From: an uncultured virus (IMG/VR IMGVR_UViG_3300025021_000095) | Lineage: Duplodnaviria; Heunggongvirae; Uroviricota; Caudoviricetes | IMG/VR virus record: IMGVR_UViG_3300025021_000095 | Length of the DNA: 64,000 bases | Strand: one strand, 5' to 3' | Shown: positions 39,091 to 48,165 of the stretch, one piece after another | Numbering within the stretch: the stretch's first letter is position 1 | Layout of the letters: every line of letters starts with the position of its first letter | The notes under the pieces: model-generated | What the model saw: only the letters and a program-made list of their open reading frames with translations | The model's database searches: none | What the model was told of the DNA's origin: nothing | Made by a program: the position numbers and the translations under genes

Positions 39091-39495
39091 CTACGTCGAG
39101 GCTGTGGCCCCGCCGCTCAAGCCGGCGAGGCCCCTTTGAAAAAGCTCGCTATAATTGTCCCGCAGCACGTGGGCCGCAATCTGGAGCATCGCCATCAGGT
39201 CGATGTCCTGGAACATCAGCGCGCCGACATTCGGCGGCTTGATCCTGGCCCAGGCCTCACCCTGCTTCCGCTCGACGACCGCAAGGCAATGGTCGAGGAT
39301 GTAGTCGGTCGCCTCGTCTGAAAGGCCGCCGATCGCATCGGCGAAGACCGGCAGCGCATTAGCCCCGCCCTGATTCGCGGCGAGGCTTTGGAGCGGTCCG
39401 AGGATCGGCGCCATCCGGCGCAGGACGTGGAACTGGGTGCGGGCGTTCATGCGCCCCGAACGATAGGTCTGCCCATCGACCTCGAACTCAGCCAT
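39091..39495 (-). CDS. Tail assembly chaperone
   Basis: EFEVDGQTYRSGRMNARTQFHVLRR, LMFQDIDL; lies between tube and TMP. Confidence 0.82.
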   Translation of the reverse strand: MAEFEVDGQTYRSGRMNARTQFHVLRRMAPILGPLQSLAANQGGANALPVFADAIGGLSDEATDYILDHCLAVVERKQGEAWARIKPPNVGALMFQDIDLMAMLQIAAHVLRDNYSELFQRGLAGLSGGATAST

Positions 39496-39502
39496 GGCCG
39501 CC

Positions 39503-39955
39503 TCAGAGGTTCAGGGAGCCGTCGCCGAGGACGCTGTCGATGTCGAGAGCGTTGAAGGCCCACTCCATCGTGCCGCCGTCCTTGGCGTTGGTGTTCGGTG
39601 GGAGCCGGACGAAGGCGCAATCCTGCGCCGAGTGCTCGTCGCCCCAGGCCGGATTCGACACCGAGATGGTGTTCTGGCCGGTGTAGGCGCTCGACGTCGA
39701 CTGGAAGCGGTACATCGCCATCAGCGCGGCGTTGAGTGGGGAGTTCTTGAGGAGCCGGATGACGACACGCCCGGCGTTCGCGGCGTGCAGCGAGTGCATC
39801 CCGCCGCGGGTGGCGCCGGTGACCATGCTGGTCTTGTCGTCCGTCATCTCGACGGTGATGCCCTCGTCGGCGACGCCGCCCTCGGAGAGGATCAGGCTTC
39901 CGCCCGGGCCCGTGATCGAGCACGTGACGTCGAGAAAGCTGTAGGTAGTGCCCAC
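39503..39955 (-). CDS. Tail tube protein (DUF3277-like)
   Basis: TYSFLDV...EGITVEM...IRLLKNSPLN. Confidence 0.85.
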   Translation of the reverse strand: MGTTYSFLDVTCSITGPGGSLILSEGGVADEGITVEMTDDKTSMVTGATRGGMHSLHAANAGRVVIRLLKNSPLNAALMAMYRFQSTSSAYTGQNTISVSNPAWGDEHSAQDCAFVRLPPNTNAKDGGTMEWAFNALDIDSVLGDGSLNL

Positions 39956-39970
39956 GGCGCGTTACTCCGT

Positions 39971-41467
39971 TCAGCGGTTGGCGAGCACGGCCGAGGCGAC
40001 GAAGTGCACCGCACCCGCCATCTTCAGCGCGATCTGGAAGGAGACGGACTTGCGCGCGGCGCGGTCGGCGTCGCTCTGCGACTGCACGAGCGGCGCGTAG
40101 ATGTAGTAGCCGGCGCTGAGGGTATCGCCCGTCTTCAGCGAGCCGAAGCCGGGGCCGGTCCAGAGACCGGGCGCGATGAGGCCGTTGTCGACGGCTCGGG
40201 CGCAGACCTTCTTGGCGACCGCCTTGAGCAGGTCCATGCCGGCGTCGGTCTGCGGCACCTTCGTCGGGGTCTGGTAAAGCAGATTGTACCAAGCCGTCTG
40301 AAGCTCGTTCTGGAACCAGTCGAGGCCGTGGCGCTCGTCGAAATAGTCGCCGTTGATCATCTTGCCCGGGAAGAGCACCGCGGTGCCGTTCTCGACCTGC
40401 GTGAACACGTTGACGTTCTTGGCGAGCAGGGCCTGGAACTGCGACTCGCTCAGGCTTTCCGCGACGACGCCGGGCTCCTGCTTGTAGGCAAGCGTGATCG
40501 TGGTGTTCGACCCCTGGAAGTCCACGGTCGCGGCCCGGCCGAACAGCGAGGTCGCCGCGTAGGGCGAGTTCCGGGAGAACTGGACGAAGGTCTTCGACAG
40601 GCCGAGCGCCTTCAGCTGGCTCGCGAGCTCGGTCGTGTTCGTGATGTCGAGGACGTTGGCGTTCGTGGTCGTGATGCCGAACGTGTGGCTCTTGTTCAGG
40701 CCCTCGACGAGGACGGCTGCCGCGATGACGTCGGCGTCGGCCGGCGGCGTGCCGGTGGCGACCTGGATCGAGTACCAGTCGTTCGAGATGTCCGCGAAGG
40801 TGGCGATACAGGACACGAGCGACTCGGCCGCCACGCCGACGACCGGCGTCGAAGCGTCGACCGAGGTCAGATGCATGATCGGCCCGAGGTTCGTGCCCGA
40901 CGGCGGCGTGCCCGCGTAGCTGACGGACGAGCCGGCGCCGGTCATCCCGCTCTGCACGTTGAAGCGCTTGAGCACCGCATCCCAGGTCACGGTGACGCCC
41001 GAGGCGACGGCGGCGATGGCCGTCTGCACGAGGTTGGCGACGGCGTTGAGGTTGAGCGCCGTCGACAGGTTGATGCCGGTGATGTCGCGCTGGGTGCCGT
41101 CGATGGTGAGGCGGAGCGCCCCGGCCGTGACGCCGGTGAAGTTCGAGAGAAGCTGTTGGCTCGTGCTGAGGGAGGCGCCGTGCAGGACGCCGGGCGCCGC
41201 GGTCTGAGCCCAGCGGCCGATGTAGAGCAGCGCTGGCTGCGGCTCCTGCGCGAAGTAGAGGTTGGCGGACTGGTACTCAGGCGCGCTCGTCCCGAAGGTC
41301 TGCGCGACCTGATCGAGGCCCGTGAAGGGGCGCAGGCGCTCGCCGACGTCGATGACGTTCGAGGGGCCGACGACGAGGCTAGCGCCGAAGTTGCGGGTCG
41401 GCGCGGCGGTCGGATTGATGGAGACGTCGACCCGGACGAAGTCGGAGACGTTGAGCCCAGTTGCCAT
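39971..41467 (-). CDS. Tail sheath protein (DUF3383)
   Basis: APEYQSANLYFAQEPQP, KQEPGV, HGLDWF, KVPQTDAG, AGAVH. Confidence 0.92.
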   Translation of the reverse strand: MATGLNVSDFVRVDVSINPTAAPTRNFGASLVVGPSNVIDVGERLRPFTGLDQVAQTFGTSAPEYQSANLYFAQEPQPALLYIGRWAQTAAPGVLHGASLSTSQQLLSNFTGVTAGALRLTIDGTQRDITGINLSTALNLNAVANLVQTAIAAVASGVTVTWDAVLKRFNVQSGMTGAGSSVSYAGTPPSGTNLGPIMHLTSVDASTPVVGVAAESLVSCIATFADISNDWYSIQVATGTPPADADVIAAAVLVEGLNKSHTFGITTTNANVLDITNTTELASQLKALGLSKTFVQFSRNSPYAATSLFGRAATVDFQGSNTTITLAYKQEPGVVAESLSESQFQALLAKNVNVFTQVENGTAVLFPGKMINGDYFDERHGLDWFQNELQTAWYNLLYQTPTKVPQTDAGMDLLKAVAKKVCARAVDNGLIAPGLWTGPGFGSLKTGDTLSAGYYIYAPLVQSQSDADRAARKSVSFQIALKMAGAVHFVASAVLANR

Positions 41468-41469
41468 GT

Positions 41470-42090
41470 TCAGGTCTCCGGAGCCTCGACCGGCGTCTCG
41501 ATGATCGTCCCGCTGTCCGCGTGGACGGTGCCGACACCCTTGAGGACGTTCAGGATCGGGTAGATGCGCTCGACCCGACGGCGCAGACGGAAGATGAGAT
41601 CGGCGCGGCGGCGCGTGCGGGTGTTCATGATGGAAGGCACGCGCCGGACTGGATCGACGTCGTAGAGGGCCATGCCCATCCGGGTCAGATCCTCGCGGTT
41701 CTGGGCGATGGAGAGGCCGTCGCGCATCAGGCTCGCGTAGCCGTCGCCCTTCGGGCCGTAGAAGCTCGCCAGGGCAGTGACGGTCTCATGGGCGATGAGG
41801 ATTGTGCTGCCGTCGCCGGCGCTGCGGTGGATCTGTGCGGGCTGATCGTCCCGCATCGTGTCGGTGACGCCGACGGCGCACCAGGTGGTGCCGATCGACG
41901 GGATGCGCGGCCGCTCCTCGCCGAGATCGTCGTTCGGCTGCCAGCGCGCCCGGACCCAATCGCCGGGCAGGCCCGTCAGGCCCACGACGAGAGCCTGTAG
42001 CACCTGATCGAGGTCGAGGTCGGTGGCCGGCGCCGGCGATGTGGGCGCGAGGTAACCGCCGGTCGCAGAGGTGTTAGCCGAGGTAGCCAT
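41470..42090 (-). CDS. Neck / tail terminator protein
   Basis: NTSATGGYLAP, GLTGLPGDWVRARWQ, ASFYGP. Confidence 0.8.
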   Translation of the reverse strand: MATSANTSATGGYLAPTSPAPATDLDLDQVLQALVVGLTGLPGDWVRARWQPNDDLGEERPRIPSIGTTWCAVGVTDTMRDDQPAQIHRSAGDGSTILIAHETVTALASFYGPKGDGYASLMRDGLSIAQNREDLTRMGMALYDVDPVRRVPSIMNTRTRRRADLIFRLRRRVERIYPILNVLKGVGTVHADSGTIIETPVEAPET

Positions 42091-42487
42091 CCGGAGGCTC
42101 GGTCTCCGAGGGGTTGTTATCGGCGAGCTTGCAGAGCGCCTTCACGTACCCGTCCCCGAACTGCCAGGGCTGGGCGTTCACGACCGTGTAGGTGCCGGGC
42201 CCGCCGTTGCCCCACTGGATGCGGTCGGCGGCCCGTTCGAGGCCGCCGGTGCTGAGCGGAAAGCGGGTGTAGATCGTGATCGCGCCGTCGAGCGCGTCGC
42301 CCTCGCCGAGTTGCACGAGGTCTCGGCCACCGTCCGGGCTCACGACGCCGGTGAAGTCCTGCCAGCCGCCGACCGCGGTGACGGTCCCGTCGGCACGAGG
42401 GTCCAGAGCCGTACAGAACACCCGCAGGCTCGTGTCCTGGAAGTCCGGGTCGTCGAGGACGTCGGTGACGTCGAGGCCGGGCAGCAA
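42074..42487 (-). CDS. Head-tail adaptor / head closure protein
   Basis: LDVTDVLDDPDF...ADRIQW...FGDGYVKALC; TTG start. Confidence 0.78.
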   Translation of the reverse strand: MLPGLDVTDVLDDPDFQDTSLRVFCTALDPRADGTVTAVGGWQDFTGVVSPDGGRDLVQLGEGDALDGAITIYTRFPLSTGGLERAADRIQWGNGGPGTYTVVNAQPWQFGDGYVKALCKLADNNPSETEPPDGYLG

Positions 42488-42488
42488 G

Positions 42489-42563
42489 TCAGTGCACCGC
42501 CAAGAAGGAGGCCACCAAAAACAGAACCGCAAAGCCGAGTATGCCGACGAGCAAAGGATCCAT
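42489..42563 (-). CDS. 24-aa hydrophobic microprotein
   Basis: MDPLLVGILGFAVLFLVASFLAVH; GGAAGG RBS; exactly fills the gap between neck genes. Confidence 0.6.
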   Translation of the reverse strand: MDPLLVGILGFAVLFLVASFLAVH

Positions 42564-42564
42564 C

Positions 42565-43062
42565 CTAGCGCCCCTTCCCGCGGATCACGTAGGTGTAGGC
42601 GGCCCGCAGCGCCCCAGTGTCGGTCAGCGGCTTCTCGCCCTTGCGGCCGCGAGCCCTGCGCCGCGCCAGGGTGCGGGGCGAGAGCGGTACGAAGGGACCT
42701 TCGGTGATCTTGGCGCGGATCGCGTTCTGCGCGAGGAGGCCGACCGTGTGATAGGCCTTGGTGACCGCGCCGCTGTCCCCGTCGATCGCCGCCGTGCCCG
42801 CGGTCCTGAGCCGCGAAACGGCCTGAGGCAGGACCGCCTGCACCCCCGGCAGAAGGTGCGGCCGCGCCGGGATGTTGCGCTCGGGCAGGCCGAACTCCAT
42901 CGCGTATCCGATGGTCGCGTTGTTCGGTGGCTGCGGCTCGCCGGCCTCGGCCGCACGGTCGGCGGTCTCTGCAGGGATGCCGACAAGGAGCTTGGTCTTC
43001 ACGAGATCGGCGACTGCGGACAGGACGGCCTCGGTGCGATCCTTCTTGACGACGAGGGGCAT
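42565..43062 (-). CDS. Neck / tail-completion protein
   Basis: LVGIP, NATIGYAMEFG..NIPARPHL, KPLTDTGALR. Confidence 0.82.
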   Translation of the reverse strand: MPLVVKKDRTEAVLSAVADLVKTKLLVGIPAETADRAAEAGEPQPPNNATIGYAMEFGLPERNIPARPHLLPGVQAVLPQAVSRLRTAGTAAIDGDSGAVTKAYHTVGLLAQNAIRAKITEGPFVPLSPRTLARRRARGRKGEKPLTDTGALRAAYTYVIRGKGR

Positions 43063-43493
43063 CAGACGAACCGTCGTCCGAAGCGCACGGCGAGCACCGC
43101 CGGATGGACGCTGTAGCGCGGCCCCGTCGCCATGGACCGGAGCAAGCCGTAGAGGCGCTGTCCGTATGGCGTCGCATTGTAGGGCCCGGCGCCGGCATAG
43201 GCCGTCAGCGAGACGTCCATGCTCTTGGAGACGCCCCCGACCGATTTCGACGTTACCGGCGCCAGGGATAGCCCGGCCGCCCCGCCGACGCCGGCATTGG
43301 CCGCGCGCGCCGACAGGACGATGTTGTGCGCGACGAAGAGCAGGACAGCGAGAGTGTAAGACGCGCCGAGACGCGTCTCACTGTAGAGCTTCGTCGCCTG
43401 CTGAAGCCAGAAGTCGATCTGGGTCTGCGGATAGACCGTCTCGTTGCCGAACTCCGGAAAGGCCGCGACGAGATCCGCTCTGGTGATCGCCAC
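43062..43493 (-). CDS. Head-tail connector (DUF4054)
   Basis: FPEF...LFVAHNI...SKSVGGVS...TPYGQR. Confidence 0.85.
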   Translation of the reverse strand: MAITRADLVAAFPEFGNETVYPQTQIDFWLQQATKLYSETRLGASYTLAVLLFVAHNIVLSARAANAGVGGAAGLSLAPVTSKSVGGVSKSMDVSLTAYAGAGPYNATPYGQRLYGLLRSMATGPRYSVHPAVLAVRFGRRFV

Positions 43494-43506
43494 GGCCCTT
43501 AACTCC

Positions 43507-43986
43507 TCAGACCCGTGCGGGACGGCCAGGGCGACGCGGCGCGGAAGGGTTGTCGCCGACCTGCGAGCGCGGGCTGTCGTCATTCGGCTCGTCGCTGTTG
43601 GCGGCCATGGCGTCGGAGCTGAGCGGCGCCTCCTCGGTCTCGCCGCTGCCCTCGCCCGCGAGCTTGTTGTTGGCGCGGTCCTTCGTCAGGCGCTCCAGCG
43701 CCGGCTCGTGGCCGAACTCGATCTCCCCGGGCTCGTAATCGTCGTCGACCTCGCGGACGAGGCCATTGGCGAGCCAGTCGTGGTCCGGGTTGCCTTTCTT
43801 CCAGGCCGCGAAGGCTTCCGCGTCGACGCTGGCCACGGTATCCTGACCTGGATGGCCCGCGCCCGGCACGGTGAAGGCGACCGGCGCGGGGCCGACGCCG
43901 GGGCGCTCCGGATCGGCCGGCGGCCCGATGAGCGAGACGGCCATCGGCAGGCGGCTCGCGATCTTGATCATCTTGCGCTCGGCCAT
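43507..43986 (-). CDS. Head-associated hypothetical protein (paralog of the next gene)
   Basis: IASRLP...VDAEAFAAWKKGN. Confidence 0.7.
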   Translation of the reverse strand: MAERKMIKIASRLPMAVSLIGPPADPERPGVGPAPVAFTVPGAGHPGQDTVASVDAEAFAAWKKGNPDHDWLANGLVREVDDDYEPGEIEFGHEPALERLTKDRANNKLAGEGSGETEEAPLSSDAMAANSDEPNDDSPRSQVGDNPSAPRRPGRPARV

Positions 43987-43988
43987 GG

Positions 43989-44420
43989 CTACTTCTCCGC
44001 CGTCTTGATGGATCGGAACTCGGTGGGAAGGTCGCGCGGATTGACCGGCTCCATCCCGCAGAGGCCTGCCTTGCCCTCACGGGCCATGCCCCGGGCCCGG
44101 TCGTCGCTCGACGCGGCGAAGATGAAGCCCTTCTTGACCGCATCGAGCTCGCGGTTCTGCGCGAGCCATCGATCAAAGAAGTCGCGGTCGACGCCGGGCG
44201 TCAGGCCGTAGCCGCCGGCGTGCGGGGCGAACTCGACCTCCTCGGACGGGTTCACCGGCCGCGCGCTGCCGGCAACGGTGATCGCCCTGCCGGTGCGCAC
44301 GGCGATCTCGTACTCGCGGTAGCCGCCGCCCATGACGGGCTCGGACCGCTTCACCATGGTCTGCTCCTGCAGGACGAGGCCGTGCGGGAGCTTGCATGCG
44401 ACGGTGACGGTGCCGGGCAT
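43989..44420 (-). CDS. Head-associated hypothetical protein
   Basis: VACKLPHGL...GYGLTPGVDRDFFDRWLAQN...GFIFA. Confidence 0.78.
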   Translation of the reverse strand: MPGTVTVACKLPHGLVLQEQTMVKRSEPVMGGGYREYEIAVRTGRAITVAGSARPVNPSEEVEFAPHAGGYGLTPGVDRDFFDRWLAQNRELDAVKKGFIFAASSDDRARGMAREGKAGLCGMEPVNPRDLPTEFRSIKTAEK

Positions 44421-44423
44421 CGC

Positions 44424-45464
44424 TCAGACCCCCACCATCTGGGCGCAGGCGAGCGGGTAGCGGATGATCGCTCCCCAGCTGCCCGCCGTCTTCTTCTGCG
44501 CGTAGGCGGAGAGGTTGCGCACGATGCCATGGTCGCGCAGCTTCTCGTTGAAGGCGCAGTACCCCACGTCCTTGCCGTCGAACGACCTCGCCCAGAGCTG
44601 CACGACCTCGCCCGCCACCGTGGAGTAGCGGTAGGAGGTCTCGACCTCGAGGTTCGGGAAGTTCTTCTTGATGAGGTCCGCGACGCCGACGCCGAACGAG
44701 TTGACGGCGGTGAGGCCCATCTGCGCACTCGGAGAGAGAGCCAGGATGAGCGGGTCGCTCATCTTCACGCGGCCGGCCGTCTGCGCGACGATCTTGGAGA
44801 ACAGCGCCTGGAAGTCGGCGTAGACCTCGTTCGCGGTCGCGACGACGGCGCCGTTGTTGACCCACTTCACGCCGCCGGCGGCCTTGGTGCTCGGGGTGAG
44901 CGCGGCCGAGAGCGACGGATCGTTGAGCAGGCCGTAGTTCTGCAGGCCCGCCACGCCGAAGTGGTAGGTGTAGTCCTGGAACTTGTCGAGCGTCGACGCC
45001 GCCGAGGTCTGAAGCTCCGCGACCCAGTTGAGGCGCGCGAGGCCGGCCCGCTCGATCTGCAGGTCGCCGTACTCGATGATGGTCTGGAAGAGGTACGACT
45101 GGCGCTGCGGCCAGGCGGCGTTGACGTTGGAGACGCCGTTCGCGTTCCAATCGCCGTAGGACGACACCTCGCCCGTGTTCTCGATCACCGAGAAGAACGT
45201 GGTCTGGGTCGTCCAGTCGCCCTGCTTGCGCTCGCCGAGGATGTTGGCGCCCTCGTTCGGCGACTGCAGGATGCGCACGACCTCGGGGTCGACGTACTGC
45301 GTCAGGAACGAGGGGATGCCGGCGTTGGGCGCCGTGACCAGCGTCGGCTGGGCATCCATCGCGAGCTCGAAGTTGTGGCGGAACTGGCTGGGGAGCCAGT
45401 CCTGCGCCATCATGTGGATGCCCCACTCGGTCTCGAGCCGGGCGCGGTCGGCCTGGAAAGTCAT
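44424..45464 (-). CDS. Major capsid protein (DUF2184 family)
   Basis: LAMDAQP..NAGIP..., GDWTT, RQSY, GLQNYGLLNDP, GAIIRYP. Confidence 0.9.
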   Translation of the reverse strand: MTFQADRARLETEWGIHMMAQDWLPSQFRHNFELAMDAQPTLVTAPNAGIPSFLTQYVDPEVVRILQSPNEGANILGERKQGDWTTQTTFFSVIENTGEVSSYGDWNANGVSNVNAAWPQRQSYLFQTIIEYGDLQIERAGLARLNWVAELQTSAASTLDKFQDYTYHFGVAGLQNYGLLNDPSLSAALTPSTKAAGGVKWVNNGAVVATANEVYADFQALFSKIVAQTAGRVKMSDPLILALSPSAQMGLTAVNSFGVGVADLIKKNFPNLEVETSYRYSTVAGEVVQLWARSFDGKDVGYCAFNEKLRDHGIVRNLSAYAQKKTAGSWGAIIRYPLACAQMVGV

Positions 45465-45485
45465 GATAGGCTCCTGCTGCCCGGG

Positions 45486-45983
45486 TTACGGAACGGTGTT
45501 GGAGATCTTGATGAGCTCGCCCGCGGCGCCGGCCGTATGGGCGTACCACTTGGTCTCTGTGCTGCCGGAGACGGTGGCGCCGGCCGCGGCGAACGAGACC
45601 GAGCCGTTGGTGTTGTTGGCGAAGGCCTTCATGCCCTTCGTCACGGCGCCCGCTCCGGCGTTCTTGGCGAAGAAGTCGCCGCCGCTGAACATCTCGCCGA
45701 CGTACTTCCCGCCGGGAATGGTCATCCCGTACTCGGCGCTCTGCACGTAGAAGTCGGCGTTGAGCTCGCGGTGCACGAAGCAGGTCGGCGCGCCGGTGCC
45801 CGTGTTGGCGAGGATCGTGCCCGTGGACGAATCCGCCCAGGCGAAGAGACCGACCGTGAGGCCGGCGGCCGCAGCGACGAAGCCGCCCGGGACGGAGAGC
45901 GCCGAGTGGCGCGGATTGGCGGAGGCGAAGTCGCCGGCAACGGCGGGCGCCTGCGTGGTGTAGACCTGGGTCTGGAAAGGCAT
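45486..45983 (-). CDS. Capsid cement / decoration protein
   Basis: FQTQV...AVAGDFASANP...G.FAW; lies between scaffold and MCP. Confidence 0.8.
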   Translation of the reverse strand: MPFQTQVYTTQAPAVAGDFASANPRHSALSVPGGFVAAAAGLTVGLFAWADSSTGTILANTGTGAPTCFVHRELNADFYVQSAEYGMTIPGGKYVGEMFSGGDFFAKNAGAGAVTKGMKAFANNTNGSVSFAAAGATVSGSTETKWYAHTAGAAGELIKISNTVP

Positions 45984-45996
45984 GGCTCGCCCTCTC

Positions 45997-47358
45997 TCAC
46001 TTCAGCCGGTTGGCGTGGGGGAAGCGGGCCGCGTAGTCCTCGGCCTGCTTGGCATCCTGCGCGATCGGGGTGGCCGGACGACGCGGGGCGTCGCCGACCT
46101 TCGGCTGCATCGAGAGGATGGTCGGGAAGGCGGACGGGTGAACGTCCGCGACGTCGACGCCGAGGGACGTCAGCGCGGTGCGGTAGACGGCATCGGCGCT
46201 GTCGTGCGCCATGGCGAGATCGCCGACGTAGGGGCGGACCGCGCGCTCGGCGTCGCGGATCTGCTGCTGGGCGCGATTGGCGGCCTCGGTCGCCTCCTTG
46301 GCCGCCACACGAATGGCGGAGTCCATGGCCTGACGGGTGACGAACTTGCTCGTATCCATCGCAGGCGGCGGCGGCGTCTCACCGGCGAGCATCGCCTTGA
46401 TCTTCGCCATATCCTCCTCGCTGAGCTTGCCGGAAAGGAAGGCCATCACCTCCTCCTCGGTGGCGTCACGGGCGCCCTCGGGCTCGTCGGGCTCGTCGGT
46501 GCCGCCCAGCTCCTCAACGACCTCCGGCACCTCCTCCGGCAGGATGGCCGCCAGCGCCTCGACCACCTCGCCGACATCCTCGAGGCTGGCATCCTGCGCG
46601 AGCTTGCCGGTCGTGACCTTCTTGAGGTCGTGGAGCAGCTTGCCCTGGCGCGCCTTGAAGTTCTGCGCGGTGAGGCCGGCGACGACGCCGGTGAGATCGA
46701 TCTTGGCGTCCTCGGCGAGCTTGGGACGAAGGTAGATGGCGAGCGCGCCCTGCGTGGTCGCACCGGCCCGCGTCAGGGCAGACTTGGCCATGATGAAGTT
46801 CTCCAGTGAGTCGCCGACCACGACATCGGGTCCGGCGCGGCCTTCGCGGACGAGGGCGACGTGGTTGCCCACGATGTCCCGCATCACGCCGTCGAACCGG
46901 ACACCCTCGTAGGTGCCGGGCGTCATGTCGGCGCGGTAGCGGTAGGCGCTCGACAGTTGCTTCTGGGAGCCGTCCTCGATCGTGCGGATGGCCGGCCCGG
47001 ACCAGCACGACAGGTCGGCTTCGAGGTAGGGGGCGTTCCATGTCGCGTTCGACAGCGCGCCGACCGTGCCCGCGTGGTCGTGGTCCTCGGCGCTGACCGG
47101 CTTGTGATTGAACAGGAGGGGCTTGCCGTTGAAGCTGGCGGCGGCCTTCGCAAGCTCCTCGGGATCGCGGAGCAGGTAGTAGATCTCGTCGGCGTCAAGG
47201 CCGAGGCGATCGGCGTCGGGAATCTCGCGGCCCACGTAGGGGCAGACCATCGCCTTGGAGATGCGGGTCTGGCGGACGTGGAGGTGCCCGTCGGCATCGA
47301 AGGCCCGCGCCGAGGCGTAGTCGAAGGCGATGGTCGCAGTGGCGTTCGTCTCGGGCAT
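45997..47358 (-). CDS. DUF2213 prohead protease / scaffold
   Basis: DADGHLHV..ISKA.V.PY.GREIP, NHVALV.EGRAGPDV; acidic scaffold C-terminus. Confidence 0.9.
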   Translation of the reverse strand: MPETNATATIAFDYASARAFDADGHLHVRQTRISKAMVCPYVGREIPDADRLGLDADEIYYLLRDPEELAKAAASFNGKPLLFNHKPVSAEDHDHAGTVGALSNATWNAPYLEADLSCWSGPAIRTIEDGSQKQLSSAYRYRADMTPGTYEGVRFDGVMRDIVGNHVALVREGRAGPDVVVGDSLENFIMAKSALTRAGATTQGALAIYLRPKLAEDAKIDLTGVVAGLTAQNFKARQGKLLHDLKKVTTGKLAQDASLEDVGEVVEALAAILPEEVPEVVEELGGTDEPDEPEGARDATEEEVMAFLSGKLSEEDMAKIKAMLAGETPPPPAMDTSKFVTRQAMDSAIRVAAKEATEAANRAQQQIRDAERAVRPYVGDLAMAHDSADAVYRTALTSLGVDVADVHPSAFPTILSMQPKVGDAPRRPATPIAQDAKQAEDYAARFPHANRLK

Positions 47359-47364
47359 GGCGCC

Positions 47365-48165
47365 TCAGTCCGGCACCACCACCTCGGGGTAGCACCGACA
47401 GTTCCAGATCCCGCCAGGCAGCGCCCGGTGGCCGGGGTCGCATTCGGGCGGATCGTCCCAGCGGAAGGTCTTGCCGTTGAGCTTTCGGTGGGTGGCGCGG
47501 ACATCGGTGTCGCCGGCCGTGCGCCAGATGAAGTGCGTCGAGCCGACGTGCTCGGCCCGAGCCTTGGTCAGTTCGGTCGCCGTCCGGCTGACCTCGGTGC
47601 GCGCGATCAGCATGGCCCGGCTACGCGAGACGTTGCCGGTCTCCATGATGTCGGTCGCGATCTCGGCCGCCCGGCGCCCCTCGGAGATGCCCTCGGTCAC
47701 GAGGCGTTGAACGCGCTCGGCGGCCTCCAGGGGGAGCGACTTGATCAGCGTGACCTGCCGCTCGAGGGAGGCGCGCAGCGCATCCCCGGTCGGCGCGGTC
47801 TCAATCTCCTGCCTCAGGTTGCGGCCCATCTCGGCGGAGAGCTTCCGCCAGGACGTCGTGTCGTGCGCTGCGACCTCCGCGACCATGCGGGCGCCGACCG
47901 CGCGGGCCCATGGGTCGAGGATCTCGGCGTAGCGTCGCAGCGCCGTCTGTATCGGTCCCAACGCACCGAGCACATCGGTCAGGTCGAACTCGCGGACGAT
48001 GTCCCCGACGTGTCGGGCGATCTTCCGCAGCCGCCGTGCGTACTGCTGCTCAAGGCGCTTGGCGCGCCGGAAGATCGATCGGGGGGAAGGGCCTTTGCGC
48101 CGGCCGCCGCCCGTAAACGTGCTGGCCTCGTCGAATGCGGCGTCGAGGCGGGCGTGATAGTTCAC
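47365..48165 (-). CDS. Minor head protein (Mu gpF / SPP1 gp7 family)
   Basis: RAMLIARTEV, WRTAGDTDVRATH, PGGIWNCRC. Confidence 0.9.
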   Translation of the reverse strand: MNYHARLDAAFDEASTFTGGGRRKGPSPRSIFRRAKRLEQQYARRLRKIARHVGDIVREFDLTDVLGALGPIQTALRRYAEILDPWARAVGARMVAEVAAHDTTSWRKLSAEMGRNLRQEIETAPTGDALRASLERQVTLIKSLPLEAAERVQRLVTEGISEGRRAAEIATDIMETGNVSRSRAMLIARTEVSRTATELTKARAEHVGSTHFIWRTAGDTDVRATHRKLNGKTFRWDDPPECDPGHRALPGGIWNCRCYPEVVVPD

